From the NCBI RefSeq assembly GCF_003918875.1, contig NW_025767104.1, positions 372,001-436,000 of the forward strand: a stretch of 64,000 bases of DNA. The letters run 5' to 3'. Positions 24,001 through 35,980 of the stretch are shown piece by piece. Position 1 is the first letter of the stretch. Each line of letters starts with the position of its first letter. The position numbers and the translations under genes are program-made. Source of the DNA: Haliotis rubra. Its lineage: Eukaryota. A model generated the notes under the pieces. The model saw nothing but the letters and a program-made list of their open reading frames with translations, ran no database searches and had not been told where the DNA came from.

Positions 24001-27000
24001 TTAAAAGTTCCCTGAAAACCCATCTTTTCAGAAAATATTACAATCTATAACTGAACTTTCCAAATATTTCACCCTCGTTCTAGCATAACCTTTGCTTTGT
24101 AAATATTTGTAAATATGTAGCGCTTGCCTGATGTGTGGAATTCAGCGCATTATAAATACACATATTATTTATAATTATGTATTTCGGAACCAGCTGGATG
24201 TCATTGATCTTATATTAGCTAGTGTTTACTTGTACAAACATTGCCATGTTTACTCGCCACCCCTGAAGACCCTGGTTATAATCTTCAGTGGCCCATGCTT
24301 GTCTTAAGAGGCGACTAACGGGACGTATGTCATGGTATCCATTTGCGACGATCGATGCTCATGCTGTTCATCACTAGATTGTCTTGTCCAGACTCGATTA
24401 TTAACATATGTAGCTGGATTATTGCTGAGAGAGGCGTTTCAGAATAAACAGAAAACAAACATGCTCAAGCGTCAGTTTGTCTCTTTACAAGCTAACGATT
24501 CTGTATCAGCCAGTAAGATAATTTTAATGTCAATATGGGTAAGTTCTCAATTTGAAGACTGACTGACTGAGTTTGGTTTACGCCGCTTTTAGCAATATTC
24601 CAGCCATATCACGGCGGGGGACACCAGAAATGAGCTTCACTCATTGTACCCATGTGGGGATTCGAACCCGGATCTTCGGCGTGACGAGCCAACGCTTTAA
24701 CCATTAGACTACCCCACCGCCCCCTCAATTTGAAGAAAGATCCAGTGAATCCGCGACGTGTATGACAGATACCTTTATTGTGTCTTCGTATACTTGGAAA
24801 TGGACTGGTACATCAGGATTTTCACTGAAATACGCTTCTGCGTCTCTGAGGTGGTCAAACATACCGTTGTTTATCACTGAAAGTAAACACAATGGGCAGC
24901 ATGAGTTTAAAGGAAAGAGGCCAGTCCGTGAATGAAATATGGTGTAAATGCAAATTTGTACATTATGAATGAGTTGAAAATTACTTCGACTTCAAGACTA
25001 TATCAACCAAATTCACCTAGCCCTAGCCTTTGTAATCTGACTTTGTACGGTTTTTTGCGTCTCTGAGGTGATCAACGATACCGTTGTGTATCACTGAAAG
25101 TGAACAAAATGAGATTAAAGGGTAGAGGAAAGGAAACATAGTGTAAATACAAATTTGTACATTTTGAATGAGATGAAAATTACTGAGACCACACGGATAA
25201 ACCAAATACTATCACCTAGCCCATATAGTGACTTTGTATTCTGAATTCATAATGTGATAGACAGACAATCCAATATGTTACATATTTGTTGGGTCACAAA
25301 CATGTATTTAACCGAACCCTCGCACATTTTATAATCATGGAGAAGGGAGTTATGACTGGTGTAATGATATAAAGTAGAATAATAAAATACGCTACCGTTT
25401 GTGCACTTTTGTACGTTTGTACTCTCATTAAAAGGGTTATCTCATTACATGGACATAGACATAACCATATTTAACAAACTGAGACACACTTAACACATTT
25501 AACAAATATTTAAGAACAATGCTTTATGTCACGCCCTTCAAGGATGATTTAACGTAGCCTTCGGTGTCCTTATTCTGTAGTATATGTGGACATGTATGAC
25601 TGACAACCACCTGTGCTGTCGTCACAAACATAATGGTCTGTTTCAGCAATAGACTGAGTATGTTGCAAAAGCAATGAAATATCAAGACATCAGCAATGGC
25701 ATAGAACAGGTCAAGGCCTCAAGAAGGTCAATGCAGTGAAACGTCGTTTACCCGGACAGTCTCGAAATACACAATGCCATTTTAGAAAGTGATCAAATGT
25801 AACATATGTTATATTTGGGATTACACTTTCTCTAGCACTTTTTGAGTTGAGTCCCATCCGGGATTCGAACCCACACCCTCAGAGTCAGGCACCTGAAACA
25901 ATTCGGGAAACCTAAGGTACAAGTCAAAATAGGGAATTGCATCACACACCATATTTTGTCTCTGATGCATCAAATTTCGAAATGTATTCCACATCTAATG
26001 CCTCTTTCGCAGTGAACAATTTTCAGAAAAACAATGTTGTTGTACTGCATGATACTGGTATTTTTCTTCAAGGTAATGATTACCTCTTTGTTCAAGGAAC
26101 AGCTGCAGGAAGTCCTCAAACGTTCCAAGGTACAGAGTGTTCAGATGGTGTCGATCGTAGTGAATCTTGTACAGAGAAACTGCTACATCTTTAGGATCCC
26201 TCACTGTAAAGATGACCCGACACTTCTTTTCCTTCAGATCAAGCGGTGCTTGAGACATGAAGAAGTGGCAGTTCAGAACGCGAGGCGATGGCAGTTTGAA
26301 CACTTCTTCATCAGGTATCAGTTCTAGATGGTCCTTAAACCTTGGGATAGTTTCTGCTTTGCCTTGCAGCAGCATGTTAGTCATCTCCCACGTCCAGTGA
26401 TTGCCTGGAGATGGCAGCATGTACATTTCAGAGGCGACTACCATTTGATATCCTCATCAATAGACTAATTGGTAAAACTAAAGGTTTTGTTTTACCTGTA
26501 TCAATGTCAGTATCTCTTCGGCAAATCGACACACATTTTTTGTTACTAGGCGACTATCACTTTGTCACTTTACTTTCTGAACAGAAGAAAATATTAATAA
26601 GGTGCATCTTTCATACCTTTTCACCACAACTATAATTGCAAGTTTCGTGACAATATCAATAAGAAAGATAATATCTCAAAGCTCGGGACTGTTAACGTAA
26701 AGTCCATTCTGTACTTTCACGAAGCTGGAACATTATTCTTTTTGTATATACTCTAACCTGTCCTGAGATAGCCAGGGAGATAGATATCGTCCGGTCTAAG
26801 CTGTAAGGTTCGGATTCCCTTCAAGCAGCTAAGAGGAAAGTAGTTGCTGGTTCGCAGTCCTTCAAACATCTGAAACATGACTGACTGTCCCTGGCGGTCC
26901 TTCTCATGGACGATCGTCTGACCAGAGAGATCCGGCACCAAGACTTTGCCTTCCATCTAAACATACAATGACTATGGTTCATTTAATGGCCTTATAACAA

Positions 27001-27972
27001 TTTTATGAACAGGATTGCTTGGGGTTTCTTCATAAAATTGTATATGACACAAATGACAGAGACAATTTCTTGTATAAGTTTTCATTGATATGACAAAATT
27101 ATATATGTACTTGTCTGTGTCAATTTTATGAACAGAATTGCTTGGTTTTTTTCATAAAACTGACACAGACAAGTACGTATATAATTTTGTCATATCAATG
27201 AAAAATTATACAAGAAATTGTCTCTGTCATTTGTGTCATATATACCCCTTGAGTGCAAAATAGCATTATTGTGTCAGAGATATATTACTACAGCAGCAAA
27301 TCAACATCCAATGGATGGCAGTAAAACAAGAAGCTAAATATCACTTAGTGTCCATTGCACAAACTTCACCAAGAGTAATATTTCAACATATTGAACGGTT
27401 TTCAGAGAGACAGAATAAAGGCAATAATGACAGAGTGAGTATGGTTTTACGACACTTTTAGCAATATTCCATCAATATCACGGCGGGAGACACCAGAAAT
27501 GTGTTTCACACATTGTACCAATGTGGGGATTCGAACCCGGGTCTTCGGCGTGAAGAGCGAACGTTATAACCATTAGGCTACCCCAACGCCCTGTATAAAG
27601 GCATTATGATTTGATCAGGTGGACATGAGTCGATTCGGCGAAGTCTACCAAAAACATGATTTCTGTTGTAGAAGATTTTTTATTTCCCAGAGATAAATAC
27701 AAGATGAATGCCGTTGCTAAGGAACGCCGCGAGTGCCTTTACGAGGTACAAATAGTCTCACTGGCCTAACCACCACTTTGGCTGAATTAGGCCATCTGCT
27801 GCAAGAGGCGTACCCACTCCCTCGTCACTGCATTTAAGGGTCTGATTTGGGCCCAGCCCCGACTTAAAAATGTTTCTGACGTTCTATCGTTTTGATGTTA
27901 TGGTATGCACGTTTATGAAGTTATGTTACATAACTTACCGTGTATACACCCGTTGTTTGTTTCCCCGTCCAT
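21042..27972 (-). CDS. Cytosolic-type sulfotransferase B; exon 1 frameshifted, intact 303-aa ORF from the ATG at 26956
   Basis: Exons 27972-27939 (34 nt), 26956-26758, 26404-26084, 24876-24773, 22826-22664 and 21166-21042, all GT-AG. Motifs [24 protein letters not shown] and [14 protein letters not shown]. Confidence 0.88.
21789..22653 (-). mobile_element. Internally deleted Tc1-like transposon in the last intron of SULT B
   Basis: Termini TACTAT..GAAACGCATA / TATGCGTTTC..ATAGTA with TA duplication. Empty site atgaaacatattgtacc in paralog C (~31900). HTH fragments DRPRTGR and [16 protein letters not shown]. Confidence 0.9.
23131..24179 (+). mobile_element. 5'-truncated L2/CR1-group LINE in an intron of SULT B
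   Basis: PQGSVL.P.LF..Y, YADDTQL, LKLNE.KTE and [13 protein letters not shown] motifs. (tat)n tail. Absent from the paralogous intron of C. Confidence 0.9.
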
Positions 27973-28142
27973 CGTGTTGTGTGCTTGATAAACACTGTTA
28001 TACCAGGGCAGTGACCGCGTGACCGATGGTCAGGCGATACCCTCTACACAGCGCTGTCTCGTTATAAGGATGCGTGTTGGGAACTCTTGGGCCTGAATGG
28101 TCATTACGTTTAGATGTGTAGCTGCTATTTAAGTTACAACAA

Positions 28143-28143
28143 A

Positions 28144-28186
<43 letters not shown>

Positions 28187-28230
28187 GCACACACACGAGA
28201 GAGAGAGGGGGGGAGAAAGAAAGAGAGGTA
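28143..28230. repeat. (GCAC)n/(AC)n/(GA)n compound microsatellite upstream of SULT B
   Basis: Visible tandem repeats. Confidence 0.95.
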
Positions 28231-29433
28231 AAGGTAGGTATAATAACTGCAAAAAACATGTCTATTCATAATGTTTCTGTAGAGTACTGTATGATTAGTA
28301 TGCTGGCGGAATAAGTGTGCGTGTGTAAAGTACACCAGCATAACACATCCCGTACATACATGTCCCCTTTTTTGCATTGTTATGAAGCGGGCCCATGTTG
28401 ACACCGGGTATGAACTAGTCCAGGGTCTGATAAGACTGCCTTGAGATGTGATCAAACGGATCGAGTGCAATAGGGGTAACGGGCATATATGAATAATGAT
28501 AGCCACACTTAATGGTGCAGTTTACCATACAGATTTTACATGTAAGTTCGCAAATACGCTGCAAGACAGATATCTGGTCGATAAGTAACAGAGTACTGTT
28601 TGAACCCACAGGCTACAGTATTTCCATGTTAACCAAAGTGAGGGCTGAAAGGAGTATTGTTTTACCCCGCCTTTAGCAATATCCCAGCAATATCACGACG
28701 GGGGAAACCAGACATGCGCTTCAGAAACTGTGCCCATTTTGGGAACCGAACCCGGGTCTTCAGTGAGACGAGCGGAAAACCTTACAGATCTAAACGTATC
28801 AATAACCCAATACTTGTTGCAGAAAGTCATTGATCTTGCCATGATTGAATTGTTTTACACTTTGTACATATACAAGAAGCCGAAGAAATTTTCGCAAGCT
28901 TCCCCGTTTTTCAGTCAAAAATATTTGTTAGCGGTAACTTTTCAGAAAGAGTTATCGCATATATAACATATTTGACCACTTTCTGTCAGTCAGTGAAGGT
29001 TTACCCCGCTTTTAACAATATTATAGCAATATCATGGCGGCAGACACCAGAAATGGGCTTCACACATTCTACCTCTGTGGGGAATCGAACCCAGCTCTTT
29101 AGCGTGACGAGCAGACGCTTTAACCATTAGGCTACCCCACCGCCACAACAGTCAGTTAGACTGCCTAGAGTAACCAATCAAATTGACAAATGATCAAGAA
29201 CGAATGAATTGAGATCGCGAGAACCACGGGAATGGGGTTGTGAAGGTTTACCCAGATGCGAGCCCTGGAAAGCCTTGGGATATCAGTCTGAGTTCACAAG
29301 CTACAAATACATTTCCTGTGACATCATTACCGCCATCGGACTCGCAATATGGCAAAACCTGCGAGACATGCAATTGACGTCAGAACAAACATTACTATGT
29401 CACGAAGTCACTACTTACAGACCAGCTGACATG

Positions 29434-30148
29434 CATTATAAGTTGTATGCTTCTTTTGAGGGTAATGCGGTCTGATGTACGCTTCTTTGTAGTAGGGTTA
29501 CCCGAGCCGGTAGGCGAAGGATGACACTGCTACAAAGTGAGTGAGTGAGTTTAGTTTTACGCCGCACTCAGCAATATTCCCGCTATATGGCGGCGGTCTG
29601 CTACAAAGAGGCGTACATCAGACCGTATTACCCTCGAAAGAAGCATACAACGTATTTATCTTACCACCATGTTGAATGTACAAAATATCCTTTTATTTTA
29701 GTTTAAAGATCGCTATCGACTACAATGTATATGACATATAAACAAAATGGCGTCAGCCTCTCGACTGAATTTTTTATATCAGTGAAGCATATTCTGACAA
29801 GCTTAACACTGCTATAAAAATGGTTCATTATGTTTAAGTTGAGTGTGCAAACGACTAAATGTATTAAACAGTTTAAATAAAGCAGTAAAAGTCGGTAAAA
29901 TAAATCTGCACAGAGTGAACTCAAAAACAGCTAATCGAACGGTTTTCGAACTCCGGACACTGCATGCGTCATATTATGACGTCATACGATTGTTAACGAA
30001 ACAGCTTCTCGGCGGAGAGTTTGGCGGGTACCGTGGCAGCGGGTAATATTTTTTCCAGTCGTCACCCTTCTGAGAGGGGTGACACGGAAACTTGTTAAAG
30101 CGTCATTGACCAATGACATTAAAGTATTTCACATGAGGGTAAGATAAG
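29434..30148. mobile_element. Non-autonomous hairpin-ended element (Crypton-like by structure)
   Basis: Absent from the paralogous sequence at ~20712 (gcat|gagtacttatc). Long left-end hairpin 29441-29651. Internal ttatcttacc is complementary to the terminal ggtaagataa. Confidence 0.6.
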
Positions 30149-30925
30149 AGTACTTATCATTACTCGATATCCAGTTCAGCTATCTGACTTGCATTTTCCC
30201 ATCATGTAAAATCCAATGCACGTCGACCCGCCATCGTGACGAAATAGTGTTCATATGCAGCATCTGCTTCTTACGTAATGACCTATTGTCAGTTATTTTT
30301 ACACAGAACCACAAACAAATGTCATATTGTTAAAAAAATATATTTCAGCAAAAAGAAATGGCTAAAATGATAAATCCATTGCCCTGTCTCTTCGTGTACA
30401 TGATCGTGTACGTGTAAGTTTGTTAATAACTGGTGAGTAAATAAATATATAATACGGATTCTGAGTAGTGAGTGAGTGAGTATGTTCTTACGCCGTTTTT
30501 AACACTATTCCAGCAATATTACGTAGGAGGATACATAATCTTTTGATTATATTGTTAGTACCATTATGTTTAAGGTACTCTTGTATGTATGAATACTCTT
30601 TTGGTTATGTAGAGGGTTTTCCGAGTTATACATTGTTAATACCCATACGTTTAAGGGAACGATTTGATCACTTTATGTGTAAATATCCTTGCGATAATGG
30701 AAAGATTTTCGCATTATTTATTGTTAACACCATTATGTTTAAGGAAAGGGTTTCCTTCATTATGTCGAAGGCTTTTGCGTGATTTATTGCAAAAACATTT
30801 ATGTTTAAGAAAAGGGGTTTTGTATTTGTAAATACTCTTCTCGATGTATTTTATGCATTAAATTTATTGAAAGTGTCTTTTCGCTTATGTTTAACCATTT
30901 GTACGCCCATGGCTGGAGCACATTT

Positions 30926-33900
30926 TCAACTGTCATTTGCTCTGCTGTATCGCTCATAGAATCTGGAGCCCGCCATCTTCTCCTCATACACACGGTAGTA
31001 CTCATCCAGCATGTCCTTCGTGAACCAGTTCCTCCACTCGCCAGAAACACCTGGAATGATAAAGGTACTACCCTAAATGGGGTGACTGATTTGGGCCCAG
31101 AGCCTGTTTGGTATCAGCACGCTACACAAACACCAGAAATTACCAGATTTTGTATATTATCAGAAGGTGTGGCGGTGAATGGAACACAAGTTTGAATGGT
31201 GTACTATTGTTCGCGGGAGCAAACCCTTAAGAGACGCAGGTCATATACGATGATCACATTTGATTTTTGTTTTAACCAATCATTTATTACATTAACGTAA
31301 TGTAACTTATGAAAGAATATTTAAGTGTTATATTACAGATGAATACGCATTGATGTTACAATATTCCTCTGATGAAACGCAATATACATCCTTTCATGAT
31401 TTATTTGGGGTAGCCTAATGGTTAAAGCTTTTGTTCGCCACGCCGAGTAAATAGTTAACTGTATTTTCGAAGAATACATATCGATGCCATGGTTTTGTAG
31501 CGATATTGCTCTGGTGAAACGCAATATACCTCCTTTCAGGATTTACGTTAGGTGTCATAATGGTTAAAGCGTTGGCTCGTCACGACGAAGAACAAGTTTC
31601 GATTCCCAACATGGGTACAATGTGTGAAGCCAATTTCTGGAATATTGCTAAACACTAAACTCACTCACGTTTGGGGTTACTATGACAATTTATTTCAGAA
31701 ACGTATATGTCTCCAAAGTTCAGAATTATCAAAAAATGCCAGACATGTATGGTGGTCATAAGTTTCGAATCGTAGGTCGAATGGCTAGATATCCTTCCGG
31801 TCAGGTTCCTTACTGATGATACCAATTACTCTGGATAGTCAAATCTGATCCAGACTGCTTTATGTACTGGCCACCGTAAAACAAGAATTCAACAGAGATA
31901 TGAAACATATTGTACCTTTCCAGAAAAATAGACTATCCCCGTCAACTTTCACAGCATAGGCATCTTTGTCCACCTTCATCTTGGACATGTGACACTTTTC
32001 TGCAATGGACTTGCACAGATCGTCATTTCTAGGGAGTCCTAAAAAGTCCGACAATTTCTGTACAGCCGCAACTGGGTCCTGTAACATATATATGTATGTG
32101 TGTTAGAGTAGAATGGACCAAGAGGGATGGGTGGGAGCCATTTCAAGATCAACACAAATACAACTCGTACAAGTCCATGTCTAAACGACAACATTATCTA
32201 CAATATAACAGAAACTAAATTGCCAGTTGTAAAGAGTGTTTTCTTTCATATTTCTCCAAAGCATACCCGTGAAGGGATATTACAGTGTGAATCTGGACTA
32301 TTGCTCGTTTGTGAGAGTTTGTGTGGCTCTTCACTGCTTCCGCCTTTTCGGAAACATCAACGTGTCATTGATTTTATATCAGCTAGTGTGGACCATTGTT
32401 TGTGTGTTTGTTTGTTTGTTGTTGATAGCTGCATACATTAATATTCCACCTATAATATGGCGTCATTCTGTAATTAATCGAGTACAGAGCAGACAGTCCT
32501 TTGATAAAAAGTATGTTAACATTTGTCAAACAAGGCAGCGAGCCTGACCACCCGATCCTGTTAGTCGCCTCTTACGACCAGCACTTCTAACCTGGATCTG
32601 CACGAGTGGTAAATGTTGACAAGCTGATGTAGCTTGACCACTCAGTCATGCTTACACGTCAGTGTGAATCAGCTGATGAATCTGTATCAGTCGGTTACAA
32701 CTGTTTAATGTCAGCATTGGTAAGAGTTCAATTTAAAGAAAATTCCAGTGCTGGATCCGTGACGTAAATGACAGATACCTTTAACGTGTCTTCATACACC
32801 TGGAAATGGACTGGTACATCAGGATTGTCACTAAAATACGCTTCTGCGTCTCTGAGGTGATCAAACATACCGTTGTTCATCACTGGAAGTAAACACGATG
32901 GGCAGCATGAGTTTAAAGGGAAGAGGTCTGTCCGTGAGTGAAATATGGTGTAAATGCAAATTTGAACATTATGAATGAGTTGACAATTACTTAGACTTTA
33001 AGACTATATCAACTAAATTCACCTAGCCCCAGCCTTTGTAATCTGACTTTCTACTAAAATGCATAGATTGTGCATGGTCAGAAACAAGTATTTTTACAAA
33101 AAGGGAACACGTACCATTAGTTCTAAAATCACGGAGAAGGGAATTAATATGAGGAGTGTAATGATCCGAACTAGAATAATAAACGAAAATGCCATCCGTT
33201 TATTTTATTTTCTCATCAACAGGGTTATCTACATAGACATAATCATATTTAACAAAGCGAGACACACTTAACACATTTAACAAACATTTAATAGCAATAC
33301 TTAATGGTAAATGTCACTCCAGTCAAGGGTGTTTTAACGTAGCCAACGTTGCTCTTATTCTGGAGATTATGTGTGCATGAATGACAACCAACTGTCCATT
33401 ATGACAATAGTGAGTAAGTGAGTTTGGATTTACAAAACTTTTAGCAACATTCGAGCAATATCACGAAGGGGAATACCTGAACTGAAATAACAACTTCCAG
33501 AAAGACAATGTAGTCGTACTGTATGATACTGATATATTTCTTCAAGGTAATGGTTACCTCTTTGTTCAAGGAACAGCTGCAGGAAGTCCTCAAACGTTCC
33601 AAGGTACACAGTGTTCAGATGGTGTCGATCGTAGTGAATCTTGTACAGAGAAACTGCTACATCTTTAGGATCCCTCACTGTAAAGATGACCCGACACTTC
33701 TTTTCCTTCAGATCAAGCGGTGCTTGAGACATGAAGAAGTGGCAGGTCAGAACGCGAGGCGATGGCAGTTTGATCACTTCTTCTTCAGGTATCAGTCCTA
33801 GATGGTCCTTAAACCTTGGGATAGTTTCTGCTTTGCCTTGCAGCAGCATGTTAGTCATCTCCCACGTCCAGTGATTGCCTGGAGATGGCAGCATGTACAT

Positions 33901-35980
33901 TTCAGTGGCGACGTCTATTCGATATTATCATAAACAGACTAAATAGTAAAACTAAAGGTTTTGCTTTGCCTGTATCAATCTCAGCTTCTATTCGGCATAT
34001 CGACAGAATTATTTTGTTATCACTATGCAAATTTCACTTTGTCGCTTTACTTTCTGAACAGAAGAAAATATCATTAATAAGTTTCATCGTTCATACTTTT
34101 TCACCACAACTATATTTGCAAGTTCGAGTTTCGAAACAATGTCAATATAAAGATAATATCTTGAACCTCGGGGCTGTTAACGTTAAGTCCACTCTATACT
34201 TTCACGAAGTTCGAATATTGTTCTCTTTGTATATACTCTAACCTGTCCTGAGATAGCCAGGGAGATAGATATCGTCCGGTCTAAGCTGTAAGGTTCGGAT
34301 TCCCTTCAAGCAGCTAAGAGGAAAGTAGTTGCTCAATCGCAGTCCTTCAAACATCTGGTACATGACTGACCGTCCCTGGCGGTCCTTCTCATGGACGATC
34401 GTCTGACCAGAGAGATCCGGCACCAAGACTTTGCCTTCCATCTAAACATACAATGACTATGGTTCATTTAATGTTCATAGAAGTTGACACAGACAAATAC
34501 ATATATAATTTTGTCATATCGATGAAAACTTATACAAGAAATTGTCTCTGTCATTTGTGTCATATATACCCCTTGAGTACAAAAGAGCATTATTGTGTCA
34601 GACATATGTACCTACAGCAGTAAATGGACATCAAATGGATGGCAGAAAAATAAGAAGCTAAATATCACTTAGTGTTCACTGCACAAACTTCAACAAAAGA
34701 GAGAGAGAGAGGGGGAGAGAGAATTTAGTCCAGTATAAAGGCAGTAGACCCAAAATATACTACAAACAAAAAGAATTGGAACACCTTAAAATTTGATAGT
34801 CATATGTAAACCTAAACGTGGTGGGGTTATATATACTCCAAGATAAATGCAATTGTGTGTGTGCTTAATGGGCACTATAAACGACATGTTGGAACATGCA
34901 GTGGAGCAATTGGTTCAGTATTCGTTGAGTTTGAGTGAAATGAAACATTATCAGCGAAAAGCAAGGGTGCTGAAAAACACCAGCACCATGTTTGATTCAA
35001 ACGCCCAAACACAACAGCCTAGTCCACGTGGAAGACTGTAGCTTCCCTTGCAGCTTGTGGCAACTGGTCACTGGCAGAACTTTCGCAGAATCGGTTCTGA
35101 GGGGCTTGGAGCACAACACATCGGTCATCTGCCCTTGATGTTTTTCTGGGTCTTCCAGAGCGAGGTCTGTCCTGTCCTGTACCAGTGGCCTGGAACCTGT
35201 CCATTCAATCTGTGAATGACAGAGGGACGGCGAGCAACACTTCTTATGGATTCACCATCATGTAACCATGCAGTGGCCCTGCTTCTGCCTTGGGCGCTTA
35301 ACGGTCTGCGCTGTGGCATGGTGAAGAAGTTGTGAGGCTTCAATATTGTCTGTAGCTTCTTTTAAAGGAAACATTGCCATAAGCTGCAAGGGGAGTCTGT
35401 CTTCCACATGCACTAGGCTGTTGTGTTGGGGCGTTTGAATCAAACATGGTGCTGTCGTGTATCAGCACCCTTGTTTTTCGCTGTTTTTGACAATGTTTCA
35501 TTTCACTCAAACTCAACGAATATTGAATCAGTTGCTTCACTGCATGTTCCAACATGTCGTTTATAGTGCCCATTAAGCACACACACAATTGCATTTATCT
35601 TAGAGTATAAATAACCCCACCACGTTTAGGTTTATATATGACTTTCAAAATTTAGGTTGTTCCCATAATCTTTGTTTGTAGTATACATTCATCGCAATAT
35701 TGCATTGAGGGCAATGTATATGCCTATTAATTAGAATATGCATGTACATGACTGTATAGTCACAGTGATGAATGAATGCCTTTGCTAAGGAACGCTGCAA
35801 ATGACTTCATGAGATCCATGACACAGCCAGCACTTTGGCCGAATTAGGCCATCTGCTGCAAGGGGTGTACCCGCTCCCTCGTCACCACTTTTAATGATTT
35901 TGACATTCTGTGATGTTTATGTTATGAAGTTATGTTGCATAACTTACCGTGTATACACCCGTTGTTTGTTTCCCGTCCAT
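30926..35980 (-). CDS. Cytosolic-type sulfotransferase C, ~314 aa, 6 coding exons
   Basis: Exons 35980-35948 ([11 protein letters not shown]), 34441-34243, 33878-33558, 32882-32779, 32078-31916 and 31050-30926. All GT-AG and open throughout. Motifs [24 protein letters not shown] and FFWKGVSGEWRNWF. Confidence 0.93.
34758..35683 (-). mobile_element. Tc1-like element with long (~290 bp) inverted repeats in intron 1 of SULT C
   Basis: Termini tactacaaacaaa / tttgtttgtagta flanked by TA. Mirrored pseudo-ORFs (MQLCVCLMG...) on both strands. Central transposase N-terminal fragment DRPRSGRPRKTS..DDR. Confidence 0.9.

Noticed and set aside
34847-35594. Pair of similar small ORFs (MQLCVCLMG...) on opposite strands
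   Set aside because: Artefact of the long TIRs of a Tc1-like element.
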